Shown here: positions 20,137 to 30,358 of the stretch, piece by piece
Layout: each line of letters starts with the position of its first letter
Position numbering within the stretch: the stretch's first letter is position 1
Origin: an uncultured Bacilli bacterium
Lineage (GTDB): Bacteria; Bacillota_I; Bacilli_A; RF39; UBA660
Assembly (NCBI GenBank): GCA_934167825.1
Contig: CAKPLY010000002.1
Location: forward strand, 105,900 to 169,899
Direction of reading: 5' to 3'
DNA length: 64,000 bases
The notes under the pieces: generated by a model
Told to the model about the DNA's origin: nothing
Seen by the model: the letters and a program-made list of their open reading frames with translations, nothing else
Databases searched by the model: none
Translations under genes and position numbers: made by a program

Positions 20137-21057
20137 CTACTTCTTCCTTTCAACTATGATGTTTTGGATTATTGTAAATAAACTTGATGCTATCCAATAC
20201 AATCCTAATGCTGTTGGTAATGAGAAAGATGCAATTGCTATTAATGCAAGCATAAAGTATAATGTAAATTTCATTTGTCCACCCTGAGCAGATAATGATT
20301 GATCTTTAAGTGTTTTTCTAAATGAGAAGTATGTTGTACCTAAAATTAATACTAGAAGTAGAATATACCAATAATTTCCTAATTCTATTCCTTTTAATAC
20401 TGTTGTTCCCATTTGGAAAACTAGAAATTTATTTTCGAATATTGCTGGCGTTCTATTAATTGCTTCTAGAAAAGCAAATAGAAGTGGTAGTTGAATTATT
20501 GCAAGTAAACATCCTGATACTGGATTAATTTTATATTTTTGATATATCATCATCATTTCTTGTGCTTTTCTTTGTTGATCTTCAGTTGTATCTTTTCCAG
20601 AATACTTTTTTTCTAATTTTTCTAGTTCAGGTTGTGCTTTTTTCATCATTTCTGATTGTAGCGCTGTTTTTTTAGTTACTGGTATTAATGCACATCTTAT
20701 TAATAAACATGTTATTATTATTGCAAGACCATTACTATTTACTAATGCTCCTATTTTTAGAATTACCCATGCTAATGGTTTTACAAATAAACTTGTCCAT
20801 AATCCTTCATATGTTGTTATTGGTGTAAAATTTTTACATTCAGGTAATTTGGAAATATCAACATTGTTTTCTTCATAGATTTTTAACATTTTTTCATCTG
20901 TTGGTTTACAAATTATATTTTCTGTTACAGATTGTCCTGTTTCTTCGTTTTTTACAATTTGTTTGTCTTCGTTTTTTAAGTTTTTTGTACATCCAGTTAA
21001 TAGAAATACACTCATTAATATTATTAATAATTTTTTATTTTTCATTTTGTTCTCCAA
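20137..21057 (-). CDS. yidC: Membrane protein insertase YidC/SpoIIIJ (lipoprotein type)
   Basis: Lipobox LLTGC, multiple TM segments. Synteny rnpA-yidC-jag. Confidence 0.9.
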   Translation of the reverse strand: MENKMKNKKLLIILMSVFLLTGCTKNLKNEDKQIVKNEETGQSVTENIICKPTDEKMLKIYEENNVDISKLPECKNFTPITTYEGLWTSLFVKPLAWVILKIGALVNSNGLAIIITCLLIRCALIPVTKKTALQSEMMKKAQPELEKLEKKYSGKDTTEDQQRKAQEMMMIYQKYKINPVSGCLLAIIQLPLLFAFLEAINRTPAIFENKFLVFQMGTTVLKGIELGNYWYILLLVLILGTTYFSFRKTLKDQSLSAQGGQMKFTLYFMLALIAIASFSLPTALGLYWIASSLFTIIQNIIVERKK

Positions 21058-21370
21058 TCTTTTTAAATAAGTTGATTAATTCTTGTTCTTTTTCTTTGTA
21101 GTCAAGATTTAATATCTCTTTTCTTATTATTATAACATAATTATAACCATCTTGTATATAGTTTTTATTATTATCTATAATATTTTTTATTTGTCTTTTG
21201 TTTTTATTTCTAGTAACGGCATTTCCTATTTTCTTTGGTATTGAAATTCCATATTGTGTTTTATCATTTTTAGTATAAAATAGGGAATAGTACTTATTTT
21301 TTAACTTATTATTTTTATTTATTACTTTTGTAAAATCATTACTTTTTTTTATTATTTCTTTCTTTTTCAT
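21035..21370 (-). CDS. rnpA: Ribonuclease P protein component
   Basis: 111 aa, basic, GISIPKKIGNAVTRNKNKRQIK resembles the RNR motif region. Follows rpmH. Confidence 0.85.
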   Translation of the reverse strand: MKKKEIIKKSNDFTKVINKNNKLKNKYYSLFYTKNDKTQYGISIPKKIGNAVTRNKNKRQIKNIIDNNKNYIQDGYNYVIIIRKEILNLDYKEKEQELINLFKKIGEQNEK

Positions 21371-21455
21371 AAGTCACTTCCATCCTTATTATATATATAA
21401 GCATAGTTTTAGTCAAGATATATAGACAAAAAAAACCACATATTGTGGATTTATT

Positions 21456-21578
21456 TTAAGCACATAATTTTTTTCTTTTTTTTGCTCTTCTTTTATTTAA
21501 AACCTTACCTTCGATACGTGCAAAAAATCCATGTTTCTTTGCTCTTCTTCTTTTATTTGGTTGATAAGTTCTTTTCAT
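21456..21578 (-). CDS. rpmH: 50S ribosomal protein L34 (40 aa; below the ORF-track cutoff)
   Basis: Manual translation gives MKRTYQPNKRRRAKKHGFFARIEGKVLNKRRAKKRKKLCA*. RBS GGAGGTG upstream. A hairpin ccaca-atat-tgtgg lies downstream. Confidence 0.85.
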   Translation of the reverse strand: MKRTYQPNKRRRAKKHGFFARIEGKVLNKRRAKKRKKLCA

Positions 21579-21714
21579 ATATATAACACCTCCAAAGTTA
21601 AATGCTACTTTATTATATATGTTTAATTTTAATATGTCAATATTTTTTTGAGTTTTTACTTTATTTTTTTTTATTATTTTGTTATAATTATCTTAATAGA
21701 ATAGAGGGATTGTT

Positions 21715-23475
21715 ATGTTTAAGGAAATAACTGCAATTAGTAAAAATTACGCAATTGTTAAGATTTCTAAAGGAATTAATGAGGATATACTTAATTTAAA
21801 TGCTATATTTGAAGAACGTAATAAAAAGATACTAGGAGAAATTGAAGAAATTATTGATGATACTGTTAAGATAAGCTTTTTAGGAGAGTTTATTGACGGA
21901 AAATTTTATAGTGGGATTATTAGAAAACCTAGTTTAACTTCCAATGTTAGATTAATTAATACAGATGAGTTAAATGAACTTGTTGGGGTTAATGATAGAT
22001 ATTCGATGATGCTTGGTTTATCTCCTTTATATAATAATTATCCTATTAGAATTAATATAGATAGAATGTTTAGTAACCATAGTGCTATTTTTGGAAATAC
22101 TGGTTCTGGTAAAACTTTTGGTGTTGCAAGACTTGTACAAAATTTATTTACTATGAAAGATAAAATACCTTTTAATAGTAATTTCTTTATTTTTAATAAT
22201 ACAAGTGAATATGATAATGCTTTTAATAGTATAAATAAGTATAATCCTAATTTTAATTATAAACTATATTCTACAAGTGAAGAAAACGGTAATAATTTAA
22301 TTAAACTTCCTTTATGGTTGTTAAATGTTGATGATTATGCAAATTTACTTGATGCAACACAGTATTCACAACTTACTGTTATTGAGAAAATGTTAAGTTT
22401 AGTATCTGTTTTTGCTAGAAATGATGAAATGTCTCATAAATATAAGAATCATTTAATTGCTAAGGCTATATTATCAGTAATGTATTCTAATCAAATGCCA
22501 GCAAGAATGAGAGATCAAATTTTTACAATTGTAGAAGATTGCCATACTCCTGAACTTAATTTAGATTACGAAGTACCTGGGGTAGGATATACAAGACAAT
22601 TTAGAAAATGTTTTGAACTTGATAGTCAAGGACAGTTTGTCGAAAGAATATTAATAGTGGAGTATATAGAAAAATTTATTGATAATGATACTAAATGGAA
22701 TGAAGATTATGTGCCAACTTATTTTACTTTGGATGACTTAGAGATTGCACTTAACTTTGCATTAATTAGTGAAGGACTTTTACTTAATGAAAAGTCTTAT
22801 GCTGAAGGAATTGCTTTGAAGGTTAAACTTCATACTCTTAATAATAGTTCTAATGCTAAATTTTTTAGCTATCCAAGTTATTGTAATACTGCTCAATTTA
22901 TTTCTAATATTATACTTATAAATAATAATAAGCGTGCTCAAATAATTAATTTTGTACTTGAGGATATAGATGATAGATTTGCTAAGGCTATTGTTAAGGT
23001 TTATTCTAGAATTTTATTTAGATTTACTAAATCAATGGTAAATAGAGGTTCTATGCCTATACATATAATGTTAGAAGAAGCACATAGATATGTTCAAAAA
23101 GATTTAGATAATGAAATACTCGGATATAATATATTTGAGAGAATTGCTAAAGAAGGAAGAAAGTTTGGATTAGTTTTAGACCTTATTACTCAAAGACCTA
23201 CAGAGTTATCAGAAACAGTAATATCTCAATGTAGTAATTTCTTAATTTTTAAGATTAATCATCCTACTGATTTGGATTATATTAGAAAAATGGTTCCTAA
23301 TATAAGTGCAGATGTTATTGAAAAACAAAAGTCTTTGCAATCAGGTACTTGTGTTGCTTTTGGACCGATGATGAAGATTCCTATGATTGTAAAAATGGAA
23401 CTTCCTAATCCAGAACCACAAAGTGCTAATGCTGCTATTTATAAAAATTGGATGATAGAATGGAATAGTAATTAA
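21715..23475 (+). CDS. HerA/DUF87-type P-loop ATPase
   Basis: N-terminal barrel-like region, Walker A GNTGSGKTF, Walker B-like IHIMLEEAHRY, and GRKFGLVLDLITQRP typical of HerA/FtsK-like ATPases. Confidence 0.7.
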   Translation: MFKEITAISKNYAIVKISKGINEDILNLNAIFEERNKKILGEIEEIIDDTVKISFLGEFIDGKFYSGIIRKPSLTSNVRLINTDELNELVGVNDRYSMMLGLSPLYNNYPIRINIDRMFSNHSAIFGNTGSGKTFGVARLVQNLFTMKDKIPFNSNFFIFNNTSEYDNAFNSINKYNPNFNYKLYSTSEENGNNLIKLPLWLLNVDDYANLLDATQYSQLTVIEKMLSLVSVFARNDEMSHKYKNHLIAKAILSVMYSNQMPARMRDQIFTIVEDCHTPELNLDYEVPGVGYTRQFRKCFELDSQGQFVERILIVEYIEKFIDNDTKWNEDYVPTYFTLDDLEIALNFALISEGLLLNEKSYAEGIALKVKLHTLNNSSNAKFFSYPSYCNTAQFISNIILINNNKRAQIINFVLEDIDDRFAKAIVKVYSRILFRFTKSMVNRGSMPIHIMLEEAHRYVQKDLDNEILGYNIFERIAKEGRKFGLVLDLITQRPTELSETVISQCSNFLIFKINHPTDLDYIRKMVPNISADVIEKQKSLQSGTCVAFGPMMKIPMIVKMELPNPEPQSANAAIYKNWMIEWNSN

Positions 23476-23516
23476 GTTTACTATTTTATTTTTTTAAATG
23501 GTTATCAACAAGAGAC

Positions 23517-23755
23517 TGTGGATAACTTTTGAGTTTTCCACAGACTTTTCCACAGTTTATCCACAGGTTAAACACTTATAAAATAAGGAAAAAATTGACT
23601 TTTCCACAGGTAACACCAAAAAATCAACAAAATTTGCTTTCTGTGGAAAACTTTTTCCACAGGTTAGTAAACTGTGGAAACTGTGGATAACTATAACAAA
23701 TCCTTGGAAAATAAGGGTTAAATAATAAAAGTTTTCCACAGGTTGCTGTGGATAA
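23517..23755. promoter_or_regulatory. oriC part 1: cluster of 11 DnaA boxes upstream of dnaA
   Basis: Perfect TTATCCACA/TGTGGATAA at 23517, 23557, 23682 and 23747. One-mismatch TTTTCCACA/TGTGGAAAA at 23534, 23546, 23600, 23642, 23653 and 23732. TGTGGAAAC at 23673. Confidence 0.9.
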
Positions 23756-23885
23756 GTGCCTTTTTATAACTAATTTGTTATGTAAAAATGGAGAATAAAA
23801 ATTTTAGTTAATTTCTTGTTAATTAATATAGACAAATTCTTTTTTTGTGCTAAAATAAATGTATGTAGTTAGGAGGAGTATATTT

Positions 23886-25256
23886 ATGGATACAAATTTG
23901 TTATGGAAAAACTTTTTAGAAAAAATGAAAGAACAAATTTCTTCATTATCATATACAACATGGTTTAAAGATACTAGATTATATAGTATTGAAGACTCCA
24001 CTGCTACTATTATTGTTCCTTATGGGTTACATAAAAAGCATATAATGGAAAATTATAAAGAAGAAATGGAAAGTATATTTAACGAAATTACTGGAACTAA
24101 TTTTAATTTAGTTTTTAAAGAAGAAGCTGAAGTCAATAATGATAATAATAAAATTAGTAATGTAATAGACGTTAATGATAGTGTTTCTTTAGGAGTTCCA
24201 AGACAAAGTTTAGATGAAGCAAATTTAAAACCAGAATATACTTTTGATACATTTATTGTAGGAGATTCAAATAGATTTGCTTTTACTGCCGCAAGAGCAG
24301 TTGCAGAGCAACCTGGAAAAGCTTATAATCCTTTGTTTTTATATAGTAAAAGTGGACTTGGAAAAACTCACTTGATGCAATCTATTGGTAATTATATACT
24401 TAAAAATTCAAATAAAAGAGTTTTATATGTTTCTAGTGATAATTTTGTTAATGATTATATTAATGCTGTTAGAACTGAAGGGAAAAATAATGTTGAAAAA
24501 ATTGATGATTTTAAAAATAAGTATAGAAATATTGATGTTTTAATTATTGATGATATACAATTTTTAGGAAATGCAACAAAAGGACAAGAAGAATTTTTCC
24601 ATACTTTTAATGAATTATATAATTCTAATAAACAAATTATTATTGCATCCGATAGGTCCGTTGATGATTTAAAAATGCTTGAAAATAGACTTCTTACTCG
24701 TTTTAATTGGGGACTTACTGCTAATATTACACCACCTGATTTTGACCTTAGAATAAGTATAATAAAAAGGAAAATTGCACATCAAGAAAGTGCTGAAGAT
24801 GTACCCAAAGATGTTATTGAGTATATTGCAAATAATTATGATTCTGATATAAGACAATTAGAAGGTGCAATAACTAGAGTATTTGCATATGCTACAATGT
24901 TTAATCATGGAGTGGTAACTTTAAATGTTGCGATTGACTCACTAAAAGACCAATTAAGTGATAAAAGTGTCTATAAAAATGATATACATAGGATACAAAG
25001 AGTAGTATGTGATTATTATAAAATAAATATTGATGATTTAAAAGGTAAAAAAAGAAGTAAGGATGTTAATTATCCAAGACAAATTGCAATTTATTTATGT
25101 AGAGAGTTAACTACTGAGTCTTACCCTAAAATCGGAACGTATTTTGGAGGAAGAGATCATTCAACGGTCATAAATGCATATCAAAAAATTGAAACAGATT
25201 TGAAAAATAATGATCAACTTGCAGTTGTAATTGCAGAACTTAAGAAAAATTTATAA
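23886..25256 (+). CDS. dnaA: Chromosomal replication initiator protein DnaA
   Basis: MDTNLLWKNFLE..., Walker A GLGKTHL, IDDIQFL, C-terminal DNA-binding HTH (FGGRDHSTV). ATG 23886 has RBS AGGAGGAG. Confidence 0.97.
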   Translation: MDTNLLWKNFLEKMKEQISSLSYTTWFKDTRLYSIEDSTATIIVPYGLHKKHIMENYKEEMESIFNEITGTNFNLVFKEEAEVNNDNNKISNVIDVNDSVSLGVPRQSLDEANLKPEYTFDTFIVGDSNRFAFTAARAVAEQPGKAYNPLFLYSKSGLGKTHLMQSIGNYILKNSNKRVLYVSSDNFVNDYINAVRTEGKNNVEKIDDFKNKYRNIDVLIIDDIQFLGNATKGQEEFFHTFNELYNSNKQIIIASDRSVDDLKMLENRLLTRFNWGLTANITPPDFDLRISIIKRKIAHQESAEDVPKDVIEYIANNYDSDIRQLEGAITRVFAYATMFNHGVVTLNVAIDSLKDQLSDKSVYKNDIHRIQRVVCDYYKINIDDLKGKKRSKDVNYPRQIAIYLCRELTTESYPKIGTYFGGRDHSTVINAYQKIETDLKNNDQLAVVIAELKKNL

Positions 25257-25264
25257 ATTTAGGT

Positions 25265-25365
25265 TGTGGATAACCTGTGGATAACTTTTGAGTTTTCCAC
25301 AGGGGCTGTGGAAAAAATTAACCTTATTTTACAAGGGATTAGGTGAGTTTTCCACAGTTTCCACA
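25265..25365. promoter_or_regulatory. oriC part 2: six DnaA boxes between dnaA and dnaN
   Basis: TGTGGATAA at 25265 and 25276, TTTTCCACA at 25293 and 25348, TGTGGAAAA at 25307, GTTTCCACA at 25357. Confidence 0.85.
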
Positions 25366-25366
25366 G

Positions 25367-25418
25367 TATAATAATAATAATAATATATATATAATAATAA
25401 ATTAAATAAAAAAATATG
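25367..25418. promoter_or_regulatory. Candidate DNA unwinding element: 52 bp of pure A/T with a (TAA)n-periodic start
   Basis: tataataataataataatatatatataataataaattaaataaaaaaatat begins immediately after the last DnaA box. Confidence 0.6.
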
Positions 25419-25434
25419 GAAAGAAGGAAGAAAA

Positions 25435-26550
25435 ATGAAATTTGTTATTAAAAGAGATATTCTATTAGAAAATTTAAATCATACTTCTAAAGCAATATCA
25501 TCAAGAAATTTAATTCCTATTTTGTCTGGAATTAAATTTGAATTAAATGAAAAGGGATTATATTTATATGCTAGTGATACAGATATATCTATTAAGTCTT
25601 TTATACCTAAAGAGAAAATAGTTTCTGTTGTTGAATATGGTAGTATTGTAATTGGAGGTAAGTATATTGTTGAAATAGTTAGAAAACTTCCTGATACAGA
25701 TATTACAATTGAAGTATTAGACGGATATAAAATGCTTATTAGTACAAGTAATACAGAATTTAACCTTAATGGTATTAATCCAAATGAATTTCCAAATTTG
25801 GATATGGAAGTTACAAAAGAACCTATTATTATGAAAACTTCTTTATTTAAGAATATTATTAATCAAACTTTTTTTGCGACTTCTCAAAATGAATCTAGAC
25901 CTATTTTAACTGGTATTAATTTTAAAATTGTTGGTAATAGTCTAGAAGTTATTGCAACAGATAGTTATAGATTGTCTAAAAAGCATATTGATTTAGATGT
26001 TAACTTAAATGAAGAAGTGAATATTGTTATACCAGGTAAAAATTTGTTGGAATTATCGAAAATTTTAACAGATGATGATGATAATTTAGAAATGCATATT
26101 TTTAATAATAAGATTTTATTTGTTTATAATGATATTATGTTTTTATCTAGATTACTTAGTGGTACATATCCTGCTACTTCTTCTATTATACCAACAGAAT
26201 TTAGTACTGTAGTAAAATGTAAATATTATGATTTGTATAATATGATTGATAGAGCATCATTACTTACTAGTGATAGGGAAAAAAATACTATTAAGTTAGA
26301 ATTAACTAAAAATGAATTAAAAATCAGTTCAAACTCTCCAGAAATTGGATATGTTGAAGAAAAAATCAGTGTAGAAAATGATAGTGATTTATCTATTTCA
26401 TTTAGTTCTAAATACATGGCTGAAGCTATTAGAAGTTTTAATCAAGATGAAGTATCTTTATGTCTTAATAATGATAGTAGCCCTATTGTAGTTAAATCTA
26501 GTGGTGATGAGTCTTTAGTACAATTAGTTTTACCTATAAAAACTTATTAA
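25435..26550 (+). CDS. dnaN: DNA polymerase III beta sliding clamp
   Basis: 371 aa, MKFVIKRDILLENL..., ESRPILTGINF, ATDSYRL. Confidence 0.95.
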   Translation: MKFVIKRDILLENLNHTSKAISSRNLIPILSGIKFELNEKGLYLYASDTDISIKSFIPKEKIVSVVEYGSIVIGGKYIVEIVRKLPDTDITIEVLDGYKMLISTSNTEFNLNGINPNEFPNLDMEVTKEPIIMKTSLFKNIINQTFFATSQNESRPILTGINFKIVGNSLEVIATDSYRLSKKHIDLDVNLNEEVNIVIPGKNLLELSKILTDDDDNLEMHIFNNKILFVYNDIMFLSRLLSGTYPATSSIIPTEFSTVVKCKYYDLYNMIDRASLLTSDREKNTIKLELTKNELKISSNSPEIGYVEEKISVENDSDLSISFSSKYMAEAIRSFNQDEVSLCLNNDSSPIVVKSSGDESLVQLVLPIKTY

Positions 26551-26577
26551 AATTATTTTTTAGAATCAGAAAAGATG

Positions 26578-26605
26578 GATTTTAAGCTTAAAATCTGTTT
26601 TTTTT
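26578..26605 (+). terminator. Rho-independent terminator after dnaN
   Basis: gattttaag/cttaaaatc palindromic stem followed by a T8 run. Confidence 0.7.
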
Positions 26606-26681
26606 GCTGTTTTTCGACAAAAAGCGGCATGGATCGACAAATATATATGTTTTAATATTTCACTCGAAAGGGGGCAAAAAA

Positions 26682-27137
26682 ATGACCAATGAATACATTA
26701 TTAATTCAATGACTTTAATGTTAAAGTATATTGATGAGACAAAAACTCTTGTGTATGAAGACGATAGAGAAATTATTGTTGATTTAAATATTTTTGATAT
26801 TGTATCAGGTAGTTGTTATTTTTATGGAAGTACTTATAGTGGTAGAATATTATATAGTAAGTCAGTTTTAAAAACTAATATTAAAGTTCCTATATTTATT
26901 GATTATTTAAATGATATAATTTTATTTCCTACTAAATCTTATAAAAATAAAGATTGTATTTGGATTATTTATAATAATGTAAAAAAATTTGAAAAATATA
27001 AATATGGTTCTAAAATATGTTTTAAAAACAATAAAGAATTTTTTACACCAACATCTTATGAAATTATAGATAGACAAATTTATAATTGTTTAAGATTAGA
27101 AAAAGAAAATAGATTTAAGAAAAATATAAGTATATAA
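26682..27137 (+). CDS. ComK-family protein
   Basis: SCYFYGSTYSGR...KVPIFI...IILFPTKS...DCIWI matches the conserved ComK pattern (C..(F/Y)G.S..GR...K.PI...FPT.S...W). ATG 26682 has RBS AAAGGGGG. Confidence 0.6.
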   Translation: MTNEYIINSMTLMLKYIDETKTLVYEDDREIIVDLNIFDIVSGSCYFYGSTYSGRILYSKSVLKTNIKVPIFIDYLNDIILFPTKSYKNKDCIWIIYNNVKKFEKYKYGSKICFKNNKEFFTPTSYEIIDRQIYNCLRLEKENRFKKNISI

Positions 27138-27220
27138 GTTTTTAGTTTTTGTTAAGGAATGAGAAAGTGCTTATTTTCTTTGGAAATTTTACTCTTTTTC
27201 TTCCTTTTTTTTGTAAAAAG

Positions 27221-27229
27221 TGGTATAAT
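27221..27229 (+). promoter_or_regulatory. Extended -10 element (TGgTATAAT) upstream of recF
   Basis: tggtataat lies 64 nt before the recF ATG. No good -35. Confidence 0.35.
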
Positions 27230-27292
27230 TTATGTATAGGGATACATTATTTGAAATTAGGTGAAAAAAATGGGTATAAAAATGCTGTTTAA

Positions 27293-28423
27293 ATGGAATT
27301 AGTAAAAATTAACTTAACAAATTTTAGAAATTATGATAAGTTAGAATTGAATTTTGATAAAAAAAATACTATCTTTATAGGAGATAATGCCCAAGGTAAA
27401 ACAAACATACTTGAAAGTATTTATTTTCTTAGTCTTACAAAATCATTTTTGAATGTTAAAGATTGTAATTTAATTAAATTTAATACTTTATATACTAAAA
27501 TTAGTGGTGTTGTAAGTGATAGAGAAAAAGATACTAAGTTAGAAGTTTTAGTAAATAACAAAGAAAAAAAAGTAAAAATAGATAATACTGAAATTATTAA
27601 ATTAAGTAATTATATTTCTAAATTTAATGTTGTAATTTTTAGTCCTGATAATGTTAGACTATTGAAAGAATCACCTAATTATCGAAGAAAGTATCTTAAT
27701 ATTCAAATAAGTCAACTTTATAATAAGTATTTGATTATACTTAGTGAATTTAATAAGATTTTAAAGCAAAGAAATGAATATTTAAAAACAGTTTTAAGTA
27801 GAAATAAAATTGATGATATTTATTTAGATATTTTAAATAGAAAGTATGCTACACTTGCTGTTGAAGTTTATTTGTATAGAAATAATTTAATAAATAAGAT
27901 AAATGAACAAATAGATAATATTTATTTTAATATTACTGGATTTGATGGTTTAAAATTAAAATTTATTTCTAATATTGATTATTATAATGATAAAAGTGAA
28001 ATGATAGAACATTTTTATGAAAAATTAGGTAAGAATTTAAAAAAAGATTTGATTTATAAAATGACTTTATTAGGTCCTCAAAGAGATGACTTTTGTTTTT
28101 TACTTCAAGGTAATAATTTATTGCAATTTGGTTCTCAAGGACAAATAAGATGTGCTATTTTAGCACTTAAGTTTTGTGAAGTAAATATCTTTAGTGAGGT
28201 ACTTGAAACAAAGCCAGTTGTTTTATTAGATGATATTTTTAGTGAATTAGATATTAAAAAACGTAATAATGTTATTGATTTCTTAAATAAAGATTATCAA
28301 ACAATTATAACTACTACGGATTTAAGCAATGTTAGCAATGAAATATTAAAAAATTCAAATATATATATGGTTGAAAATGGAAATATTATTATGCAAGATG
28401 AAGGGAATGATATGAATGAATAA
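27293..28423 (+). CDS. recF: DNA replication and repair protein RecF
   Basis: LTNFRNY, Walker [23 protein letters not shown]. Confidence 0.93.
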   Translation: MELVKINLTNFRNYDKLELNFDKKNTIFIGDNAQGKTNILESIYFLSLTKSFLNVKDCNLIKFNTLYTKISGVVSDREKDTKLEVLVNNKEKKVKIDNTEIIKLSNYISKFNVVIFSPDNVRLLKESPNYRRKYLNIQISQLYNKYLIILSEFNKILKQRNEYLKTVLSRNKIDDIYLDILNRKYATLAVEVYLYRNNLINKINEQIDNIYFNITGFDGLKLKFISNIDYYNDKSEMIEHFYEKLGKNLKKDLIYKMTLLGPQRDDFCFLLQGNNLLQFGSQGQIRCAILALKFCEVNIFSEVLETKPVVLLDDIFSELDIKKRNNVIDFLNKDYQTIITTTDLSNVSNEILKNSNIYMVENGNIIMQDEGNDMNE

Positions 28424-30347
28424 TGAAAGTAATAACCATTATGATGCTTCCGATATACAAGTTTTGGAAGGATTAGAGGCTGTAAGAAAAAGACCTGGAA
28501 TGTATATAGGTACTACTGATGTTAAAGGATTGCATCATTTAGTATGGGAGATTGTAGATAATTCAATTGATGAAGCATTAGCAGGTTATTGTAAAAATAT
28601 TGATGTTATTATAAATGAAGATAACTCTATTACTGTTAAAGATGATGGAAGAGGTATTCCAGTAGATATACACCCTAAAACTAAATTGTCTACTGTAGAG
28701 ACAGTTTATACTGTACTTCATGCTGGTGGAAAATTTGGTGGTGGAGGATATAAAGTAAGTGGAGGATTACATGGTGTTGGTGCATCCGTTGTTAATGCTC
28801 TTAGTAAATGGGTTGAAGTAAAAGTATATAAGAATTCTAAAATATATTATATAAGATTTGAAAATGGTGGACATACTGTTGAACCACTTAAAGTTATTGG
28901 AGAATGTGAGGAAAATAGGACAGGTACTGTTGTAACTTTTAAGCCAGATCCTGAGATATTTGATACTGATATTTATGATTATGAAACTCTTAAGGTAAGA
29001 ATTCGTGAACTTGCATTTTTAAATAAAGGGTTATGTATAACTTTAAGAGATGATAGAGATGAAGAGGATACAACTGGAGAAAAATTTTTGTATGAAGGCG
29101 GAATTAGTGAATATGTTAAATTTATTAATCATGGTAAAACACCTATTCACGATGATATAATACATTTATCAGGTGAAGAAGAAGGTGTATTCTTTGAAGT
29201 TGCAATGCAATATAATACAAGTTATAATGACAATATTTATTCCTTTGTTAATAATATTAATACACATGATGGTGGAACACATGAAGAAGGTGTACGTAGA
29301 GCACTTACTCGTGTAATAAATAATTATGCAAGAAAGAATAATATTTTAAAGGAAAAAGATGATTCTTTAACTGGCGATGATGTTAAGGAAGGTTTAACTA
29401 TGATTATTTCTTGTAAACATCCTAATCCTCAATTTGAAGGACAAACAAAAGGTAGATTAGGTAATTCAGAAGTTAGAAAACTTGCTGATAGTGTATTTTC
29501 ACAAGGATTTGAAAGATTTTTATTAGAACATCCTGAAGACGCAAAAATTATTGTTAATAAGGCATTATTAGCGTGTAGAGCAAGAAATGCTGCTAGAAAA
29601 GCAAGAGAAATAACAAGAAAAAGTGATTTAGTATCTACTAATACATGGGGAAAACTTACAGATTGTAAGAGTAAAGATCCTGAAGTGTCAGAAATATTTA
29701 TAGTCGAGGGAGACAGTGCTGGTGGGTCTGCTAAAAAAGGTAGAGATTCTATGACACAAGCAATATTACCACTTAGAGGTAAAATATTGAATGTAGAAAA
29801 AGCAAGACTTGATAAAGCATTATCAAATGAAGAAATAAGAACTATTATTACTGCTTTTGGAACAGGAATTGGTGAAGAATTTGATTTATCAAAATTAAGG
29901 TATCATAAAATAATTATAATGACCGATGCTGATGTTGATGGATCACATATTAGAGTTTTATTACTAACTTTATTTTATAGATTTTTTAAGCCGATTGTAG
30001 AAGCGGGACACGTATATGCAGCACAACCTCCTTTATTTAGAATAATGCATGGTAAAACAAGAAAATATGTATTAGATGAAAAAGAAAAAGATGCTTATTT
30101 ATCATCTCTTCCTGAAAATGTTAGAAATCGTGCTGAAATTGCGAGAATGAAAGGTCTTGGTGAAATGGATGCTGCTGAACTTAATGAAACAACTATGGAT
30201 ATAAATAAACGTATTTTAAGAAAAATTACTGTTGATGATTGTGTTGCAGCAGATAAAATCTTTGAAAAATTAATGGGTGATGAAGTAGAACCTAGACGTT
30301 TATTTATTGAGGAAAATGCTAGATTTGTTGAAAATCTTGATATTTAA
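28416..30347 (+). CDS. gyrB: DNA gyrase subunit B
   Basis: [49 protein letters not shown]. Confidence 0.98.
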   Translation: MNNESNNHYDASDIQVLEGLEAVRKRPGMYIGTTDVKGLHHLVWEIVDNSIDEALAGYCKNIDVIINEDNSITVKDDGRGIPVDIHPKTKLSTVETVYTVLHAGGKFGGGGYKVSGGLHGVGASVVNALSKWVEVKVYKNSKIYYIRFENGGHTVEPLKVIGECEENRTGTVVTFKPDPEIFDTDIYDYETLKVRIRELAFLNKGLCITLRDDRDEEDTTGEKFLYEGGISEYVKFINHGKTPIHDDIIHLSGEEEGVFFEVAMQYNTSYNDNIYSFVNNINTHDGGTHEEGVRRALTRVINNYARKNNILKEKDDSLTGDDVKEGLTMIISCKHPNPQFEGQTKGRLGNSEVRKLADSVFSQGFERFLLEHPEDAKIIVNKALLACRARNAARKAREITRKSDLVSTNTWGKLTDCKSKDPEVSEIFIVEGDSAGGSAKKGRDSMTQAILPLRGKILNVEKARLDKALSNEEIRTIITAFGTGIGEEFDLSKLRYHKIIIMTDADVDGSHIRVLLLTLFYRFFKPIVEAGHVYAAQPPLFRIMHGKTRKYVLDEKEKDAYLSSLPENVRNRAEIARMKGLGEMDAAELNETTMDINKRILRKITVDDCVAADKIFEKLMGDEVEPRRLFIEENARFVENLDI

Positions 30348-30358
30348 AGGAGGCAACT

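Noticed and set aside
23557-23739. 60-aa minus-strand ORF in the dnaA upstream region
   Set aside because: It is composed of translated DnaA boxes (repeated FPQ/CG motifs) and is not a gene.
27260-27292. Mini-[13 protein letters not shown] upstream of recF as a possible yaaA remnant or leader peptide
   Set aside because: It is only 10 codons with no recognisable similarity. It overlaps the recF start and there is insufficient evidence.
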